A stretch of DNA of 64,000 nucleotides from Haplodiscus bocki (Eukaryota). Every line of letters begins with the position of its first letter. Within the stretch, counting starts at the first letter, position 1. The notes under the pieces are model-generated. The model did not search any database. It was not told the origin of the DNA and saw only the letters and a list, made by a program, of their open reading frames with translations. Location: contig OZ296652.1 of NCBI GenBank assembly GCA_965655095.1, positions 61,070,001-61,134,000 of the forward strand, written 5' to 3'. Below, one piece after another: positions 39,301 through 48,300 of this stretch. The position numbers were made by a program, and so were the translations under genes.

Positions 39301-42300
39301 AAGCTTTACTCAGTCCATCTTTTACACAGACAATTTTCAGATTGCTACTTCGCTTGAGTGGACTGCTATGAAAACAATTTTTCTATTTCTCTTCTCAATG
39401 ATGCTCTTCATGTTATACTAAAACTCACTTTTGGTAAAAGCTTTTCCGCTTTGAAGGTCCTTTTGACTTCAGACCTGAAATGAAAAGAAGATTAGCCACG
39501 AGAAGTTTATCACATAAGCGATACTTTAAATAATTCACAAATTGCTCTCACATCTTAATTTGCGTTGTGTCCAAATCAACAAAGCAAATCTGTTTGCTTC
39601 CTTCGGGAGAAATGAGATCATAATCATCCAGCGCATCATAAGTTCGGGAATCGATTCCTAGAACGCAACAAACTCGACATCATCTCTTCGAATTTTCATC
39701 ACGATCAAAAATTATTCAGTGACAACTCCTAACGTCATTGAAACAAGCATTCAAAAGTCAATTACACACACTTTTGCCATAAAGGAGACACAAAAGGAAC
39801 ATTTCAGATGCCACGTAGAGACCCATCGCTAAACAGTTCAGCTTGGTTCTATATAGCGCTCTCTGTGCTGTTTGACTTATATACATGCATATCATTGTCT
39901 TCATGAAATCAAAATGAACCCTGTACTATTAGGACTTACTACCATAACAAGCACTTGAGTGTATTATGCTAACCAATCATGGCGCAACCAGGACATTCGG
40001 CCGAAGTGACCATTTGTCTGGCACAACTGGGTATGTAGGTTCCAGTCCACTTCAAAGGGAACACGGCTGCCACCAGAGTCTCCATCACTGTAGTCAACAC
40101 TGACGGTCGCAGTGAGTGAAACACTATAGTGGACTCCAATAGCACCAACGTGAACAAATCAATTGCCATATCCACACCAACATTCCTCAGGAATGTTATG
40201 AAAGAGCTCCCCCTAAAAAGTCAACTACACCTTTATATCTCTGTTGCCATTTGCAACTATGAATTTTCGTAATTTCTATAGTCCGAATCATCTCAGAAGT
40301 CTCACAGCCAAGACCAACAAATAGCACACATCATGCGAAGTCTCCAAATTACGGAAACCTGAAAGGCAGGAACTTTCTACTTCATATTACCTTTTATAGG
40401 AAAACTGCGGAAGAAACTCTTGGCTAGACAAAGTATTTTGGTTGGTTGAGAGATTTTTCGAAATTAGTAAATGACGTACTTCTGAGGCAATGATGAACAT
40501 GGGGAAGGCCAAGATAGATTGAGTTTTCGAGCACCTAGGTCAACAATAATGAGTGGTTTCTCCGGACTGGGACAACAGACGTCATACATGAAGTAGGATA
40601 TCAACTGCTCCACTGGTATGGGTCCTCTGTCACCAGGAGTGGAGCAGAAACTGAAGAGGAAAGTGAGAAATTCTTTGAAAGCTGGAAACAGGGGCTTCTG
40701 GGAGAGGAGACAAATACACTTTTCAGACTGCAGAATCGCCCTAGGGTCCAAGTTGTCTGACTCGTCGTCTGGCTCAGAACACAAAGATTTCAAATCCCTC
40801 TTTTGTTCCGGAGAAAGTTCGCTAGTTGAAAACTCTTCATAGAAGGTCAGAGCTGAGCCGTACATCTAAAATCGGACAAACTTCAGTCAAAATTAATTGA
40901 CTAGGCAGCATATTTTGCTAGGATCTAAGTAATTTACACAAATCGAGTAACTTTAGTTAATTTGTTCAAAGCCTATTTGTTTACATTTTTGGTGTTCTCT
41001 TATTAAGAGAACTATTCAATTGAACGCAAAGCTTGTAGAGAATTATTTACGTTTCCACTACTTTTACCTCTAAAAAAGGATTTAAAAATTGAATCGCACC
41101 TTTCGATCAAACTATCAAGTGAGTTTTCCTTGACAACTGGTAAATTAAACATGATACTACAAGTGGAAACTCATTAAAACTTGATGCTGTAAGTTTGAGT
41201 ATCAATTCGGACAAGTGAAGTCTATTCAACGTACCGTGACTCCAAGATGATTAGTGAGGACGAAAGTTGAAAACTGAGGAAGAGCGACAGTTTTGTTGGC
41301 GGCATTGAATGACCAGTACTGCACACTAGCTCCATTGGGCATTGCAATATTAGCACAATCCTTTTCTATCAGGGTGAGTGAAAAGTGTTTTGCATCTTGG
41401 TTCATCAACGGATACCTGCTGATCAGCGTTGGTTCAAAAATCAGACTCGGGGGTTGAATGATGGACTTCTTGTAACACAGATATACTTCTGCTGCGGTTA
41501 CCGATCCCTTGTTGATGTTTTTGCTGACTACTATGAATGAATGAGGGATCACATCTCCTTTCTTAGGAAAGTAGACTGCAATGTCAGTGATGGCCAGGAT
41601 GGGCAGAGGGTCTGTCGCATGACGTCGACGGAAAGTGATGTAGGTCCTCTGCCCACCCACAGCCGACTTCGTATTGACAAATCCGGGCCTTCCATAGAAC
41701 GATTGATACAATTGCTCACAGTCAGGCCGCAAGTTTTCTCTTCCTTCGTAAAGAATCCTGAAAAAAAACCTGAGGTCAAAAGCTGCATCTGATCAAAAAC
41801 GGTTTTGAGAGCAACAACTAAGCATACTTGCGCCTCAAAACACCGTTGGAGATAATAAAATTGAGAAGTTATAGATGTCCGATTGGCTTTTCAGACTTAT
41901 AAGTCTGCCTGGTATCGGGTACGTGAATCTGGATTTTCTGATGGAACGTTTCATATTTTAGTCAGTCGGTTAAAAAAATTAATGCCTACAGTAACTATGG
42001 TTCATTTAGAATACACTGCCTAAGAAGCCCAAGACAGGAGATTCAATTTCTCTAAAGTTATGTTACATGTATTCGAGACAATTTTTCAAAGGAAGTAATT
42101 GCCCCTTAACGCTAGTAAGCTTAGCTCTGCTTAATGATAACGCTCAAACTTTTAGGCCGGAAATGAATGTTATCCGTCAAATTCAATTCTCCGCAGATTG
42201 TCGAAGATTCATTGAGGCAAGAAATTGACTGATGAGCACTACTTAGTGACAAAGAGGAGAAGCGAAATTTCGCAACACATTCTGATTTATCAGTAGAAAT

Positions 42301-45300
42301 CAGGAATAAGAATCCTGGGGACAATTGAAAGCATGATCTGAAATATGATTGACAGTGTTAAAATTACTACACCGGCAGTCAATCGTAAGTTTGTACGAAA
42401 AAGTTGAAGTGAGACAAGTACCTGTCAGAGAGTCTCATACTTCAGCAATTAATCCGTCAATCATGTCTTTTAAGGTTTTGCCATTTAGCAGTCCAATGAT
42501 TACGAACTGAACAGTAAACAACGCCAAAAGGAATTAGTACCTGCTACACTGTCTCATTCATAACATTGACAAGCCAATCATGTCTTTTCAGGTTACGCTA
42601 TTTTGCCGTCCAATGTTTAGGAAGTTCGAACAGAAAACAATGCGAAAATGAACTAGTAACTGCCATACTATCTCAAATTCGAAACATTGATATGTCAAAC
42701 ATGTCTTTCCAGGTTACGCTAATTTACAGCCCAATGTTGAGGAATTGAACAGTAAACAACGCGGAAATGAACAATATAGTATTTGATATTCAAGATAATG
42801 AAGACATTGATATGCTAACATGACTTTTGAGGAGGTCGTTCCTCATCTGTTCAGACGATATGTTTAAGCAATTCATTTTTGCAGCGCCAAAATAAACAAC
42901 TACCTGCCAAAACGGCCGTTTTTGATCGGTTTCACCACAGTGCTAGACTCTTTGATGACGTCAGAAAATGGAAGTTTTGCACAGGATAAAAAACTATACA
43001 TGAGCCAGTTTCTAAGACATATTCTTCTTTTGAGTCAGAATGTATTGAAATTAAGATTTACCAAATTAAATATACTACACCTAATAGCACACTTAATATA
43101 GCTGCGCTGAGTTAATTTCGTGTTTATGAGTGCAAGCTCCTCCCCCGTTTTATTTTGCACGTTTCTCTGGGGTTGAAAATGGAAAGATGAAAAAAACCTC
43201 GTGGTGAAAACAGATAACGTTTTTCCAATATATTGCCTTCTTCGAAAGTTGACTCAGCACAACTCTTTCTAGATGGTAATGGCGGGATAACCTGAGATAC
43301 ATATCTACATGTGACAGAGAAGTTTCAAAAACTTAAGATTTCGAGAAATCTCGAAAAATTTCTTCAACTGCCTATAATTATGAGCCTATCCAACGTAAAA
43401 CTTTCATCTGCGGGATTTTATACAAAGATATCATCGTAATTTTCTGTCACAATTTTTCGGCACGCAGATAATTCAGAAAAAATTGAAAACTCATGGATAT
43501 TACCAAAGTCCAATGATTTTAAGTAACTTGGAGACAGAAAGCCAGGCCATGCCCTTGCCATATTGTCAGAGAACGTATAGGAAACAGGAAACTATCCTCG
43601 TGATTTTTTTCGTCCAACGATTCTGTAAAAAACTTCCCGTGCGGAGATATAACAGCGAAGTCGATTATTCGTGCAGCGAAAAAAGTTGAAGAGTCGTCAC
43701 TCCTGAGAAAGTTACGTAACTTCCAGTAATTCATAGGCTGGTAAAGGAGGCCGGTGAATAAATAGATTTCTGGCAGCTGAGCATGCTTGTCAAAGGTACA
43801 AAGATTTCCCGGATGTCGGGATGTTTTCGGTTATCGAAAAATTAAACAAACTTAGCAAAGCCATTATTTCACCAGATTTTATTTCCGGCTTTTCTGTACC
43901 GTCTAGCTGACAGAGACATTACATTTACGAGATTTTCCGAAACGATTTCAAAATCCAAAGAAGTTCTGCACTTTTTTCAGTAGTTTTTGCATGGAGGAGG
44001 TGAAAAATCAATAACTTTTTGGCCAATTCCAAACTATTTTCTTGTATGAATTTTTGCGCCTGGCCCCTCCAATTGCTTCCTCTTCTCGTTCAAGCAAATT
44101 GTTTCCAGTTTTTTCCAAGCTCACAAAAGCGATGATTTTGCTGAGTGGACGGGTTATGTCCACAAAAATTCGTCTGTGGTTTCTTTTTGAAGGTACTGGT
44201 AAGAGGCTCCCGTCTTTATGAAATGTATCAATAGTGTTTTCTCCGGATGTGAATCGGGGAGTTTTTTGCATCGTTGAATAGCAAGCAAAGGAAGCTAGCT
44301 CCCCAGTCCTTGCTTGTTGGACTCCGAATCGTGCGCAAATTCCTTGCACTCATGTTTCTGTTTACTATTGGCTAACATGTATTTTCGTACAAATAGTCTG
44401 CACGTTTGTTGAAGGAAAATATCGCAGTGCCATTAAGCCTCTTGTGATTCTCCGTTGTAATGTATATTACGAAAAGAAAATCATTCCCTCAGTATGTAGA
44501 TTTTTTTCTGTGATTTGCCACTTCTGGCTGCGTCAACTGCCCAATTTTCGAAATTGTATTCCCCCAAAATGTTCCTCTGGACACGAAGAATGAAGTTTTG
44601 GCCACCTGCTTAAAATTTCTCGCTCAAAGTCACGAAAATTTCTCGCTCACAGTCAGAATTTTTATCCATTTCCCCCAAAGGTTCCTCTGGACAAGTAGAA
44701 TCAGTTTTGAGAACACCAGCGAAAAACTTTTTCGCTCAAACTCCAAGAAAATTTGGATTTCATTTTGAAAATCGCTCAAAACGTTCCTCAGAAAATCAGT
44801 TTGGCGAACACTAGTTTTTAAAATTGAGTTAAGAGTAAGCCTACTCGCATGCTAAAATTCTTATGTTTTTCTTGAAGGTTACATCAATTTTTTTGGGCCA
44901 TTTCTGACCCTCTGTCGACGGAAAATATCGCAGTATTTTTAGTTGTTTATTTCTGTAGAAATATTGTCTAAATCTTATTCTCAAAATTTACCTTAAAAAA
45001 AGTCGAAATGAGGCCAAAGTTGAATGTGACATGGTACTTCTGATGTCAATGTCACCAATTTCTGTCACAGCGGAACGCGTTTATATATTTCGCTTTATGG
45101 AAATTGATCACAAATTCCAAGAACAATCAGAAAAAAATTGTGATCAATTTCCATCAAACGAAATTTCTAAACTTCAATTTATGCTTGGGATCAAGTTCAT
45201 AATTCCCCCTAGCATTATTTTGGTGAGGAGGGGGGGGGGTGTATTGTGAACTTATGCCACGGTTGATTATAGGAATGACGTCAAAAATGCTCAGAGACAA

Positions 45301-48300
45301 ATCCATGTCAAACAAAACAGCTTCAAGGGAAATATATTTGGATGAGCAGAATATAATTGACAGACAGAAAGATAGGAACGGATTATAAGATTTTGTTTTC
45401 AATTTTGTGGAAACAATTTCCATCAAAGGTACAACTTTCTATCAATGCAATGATTGGCGACTTTAAAAGCATCACAAAGGATCAACTTGCCGTCACATAA
45501 TGGCATTCGCTGGAATTACCAATTGAATACCCAGACAAATGGCCTACAGATTCAGAAATTACGTGCCAAAATGCTCGTCATAGATGACTCAAACGTGTAC
45601 TATGTAATATTATCATAGTTGATATGCTGTTTAATTTAATTGAACTGTCGAGTAAACATCATTTTATTAGAGAAAGCAAAAACTAGGACAAATTGAAACC
45701 GAAAACAGCCGAAAATTAGCAGCTACCATAAACTTGTGGCACGCGTTGTTTGAGAATGAGTCCATGCAAATCTACGGCCTTCCAGCCATGACAGTCTTCT
45801 TAATGAGTGAAATTTGCATGATTCGATTCTCAAAATAAATATCAAGTGCTGATTCGCAAAATTTGGCCATTAAAAATTTAAAAAATAAATTTCTTCATGT
45901 CTACTAATGAGAGCATTTTCAGAAAATATTTTTCATCAAGAAAATTACAATCAATCCTTGTAATTGATTGTAAACTTCCCATTTCCCAAATAACTGTCTA
46001 ACTCCTATTACATCGCATTTTTAGCAGAACGAAGACTCTTTTGGTCAATCTATACTTTAAGTACTATTCCGACGTTTATCTATGTCATAAATATACAAAA
46101 AATGCGGATGCAAAGAAAATAAATAAACGAATAAGTGCATTAATCCTTCGTAAAACTTCCGAAGTCCTACAAATGTACGAAAAAGCAAAAACAAAACCTG
46201 TGTTTAACACCCCGGGATACCTTAGTGCGGCTCCACGAGTACCCCTTACAAAGATGCATCCATGGGACATACTAAGTTTTCCGTGTTAAGCTATCAATGG
46301 TCCAAGTCTTCCATGGTTTCATCTATGATCCTGTTCAGTAGTGATCCAGGGTTGCAGGGTTGGTATATATATTTTCTAAGTGTCGCATTCATCCATTGAC
46401 ACCGGTTTCAACTCCATCACATGGCTTTCGGTAAGACCGGGTCGCTTCTGGTCAATAAGTTCAGGCTGTGAGCTACGGTGAATGGAGTCACAAACCGCCA
46501 CGAGCAACGGCATGGACTGGATATCGGGTTTTCTAAACTAGACCCTTTCGATGCGACTTCGCCCTTCTAATGAAAGGAGGTACGTGACCGAAGATTTATG
46601 GTTAACCGAGCCTAGCTGCCAACATGGTTAAGTACGTTGCGTTTAGTGGTTTGTTCAGTTTTCTGCATAAAATTAGGACTGAACATTTGGCACTGTTTGT
46701 CAACAAATTAAACAATTAATTCTTGCAATTAATTTACTATGAATTTTTGTTACAATATAGGGTCATTGATGCGGGCGCTAATCTGTAGATGGTAGGCTTC
46801 ATTTATTGAGCGAAATATTGCGCAATTGCGGAAATGCCTGCTGAAGTTTAGTTTAAGTACGTAAACATTAAAACGTGTAACGTTCCAACAATTCATGCAC
46901 TTGACCAAAAATCAGGAGTAATCAACATTGGGAGGTAAACTTTGGAGCATTACACCTTTTTATTCAAGTATCAGTATTTAGGCATTTTCTTTTTAAGTAT
47001 TTTTTATCGCTTAATTTGTCTAAAAACAAATGCAAAACTGGAAAAAAAATATTCTGAAACTACCTCATCTCTTCCTTTTGGATAAGACTATTCGTGCCGC
47101 TCTCTGGATGGATGCGAAACTCTTGCTTCGGAAGCGCCTATTAGATTTTTACTACAGCTCGTAGTGGAAAGCACAAAACTCAAAACACAGAGGCGCAGCG
47201 GAACTGTGCAACACATTCTGAACTGTCAGTGGAGATCGCAGATCCCGAAAAAGACATTTGAAACGTTTCAAGTTAAGCCAGCTTTCTGCCCAATGTTCGA
47301 GAAGTTTCAACAGTGAATAGCGCTGAGACGAACTAGTACCTGCTACATATTCAAAACAGTGCTATCTCAATCATGTCATGTTACATCAGTTTTCTGCCCA
47401 ATGTTTAGAAAGTCTGAACAGTAAATAGCACCAAAATGAACTACTACCTGCCACATACTCAAAACTTTACTACGTCAACCATGTCTTTTCAAGTTACGCC
47501 AGTTTTCTACCCAATGGATAAGAAGTTTGAACAGTAAATAATGCCGAAACGAACCAGTACCTGCCACATTCAAAACATTGCTATGTCAATCATGTGTTTT
47601 TGAGTTACGGCAGTTGTCTGCCCAGTGGATAAGAGACTTGCACAGCAAACAACACGAAAATGAACAAGTACCTGGCAAAAGAGGCCCCCCTTTTTTACAG
47701 TTTACACTAGATGACTAGACTCTCAGCTGTCATCAAAAAACGCACGTTTTGCACGGAATTAAAAAACTGGCACATACAGGACTCAATACAAATTCTTCCT
47801 TTCAGTCAAAATGTGTAAGAAGCGTGTAGAACCTAAATTGCTCCTATGGGTGCACGTCAACCTTACTGCGGTGCATCTATTAGCGCAGGGCATCAAAATC
47901 ATGTTACGAGTTCTGACCATGATAAGACTGGGGGACATACATCAACACATAAAGTTATCCCCGTGGTTGTAAACTCGGGTAATCCAAACATTTTTGATTT
48001 CAAGATAATCTATAGCCATTGAGATATTTAGCTCAATTACATGTAAGTTTATTCATCTACATCGATATTCTGGTGAATATATAGCATAAATGTTCAGAAG
48101 CGGAATTTGTTTGCGCGCCATAATATGGACAGTAGAGACAGCAGTGGTCAATCGAAGGCGCACTATAATTTCACCTCTTTAATGAAGAGAGTTGGAAATC
48201 AAGCAGCAATGAATACAAACCCGAGATCTGTTAATGGCCTCTCATCTAATGAGAAAGTCTTGGCCCTCTTGTAGATGAGATACACACTTTGACCCCTCAA

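Noticed and set aside
19700-41800. Many + strand ORFs overlapping DENND4 exons and the LINE
   Set aside because: Antisense shadows of real coding sequence with no independent motifs.
42229-42295. CTGATGA followed by a small hairpin, hammerhead-ribozyme-like
   Set aside because: No GAAA directly after stem II, and stems I and III do not pair convincingly.
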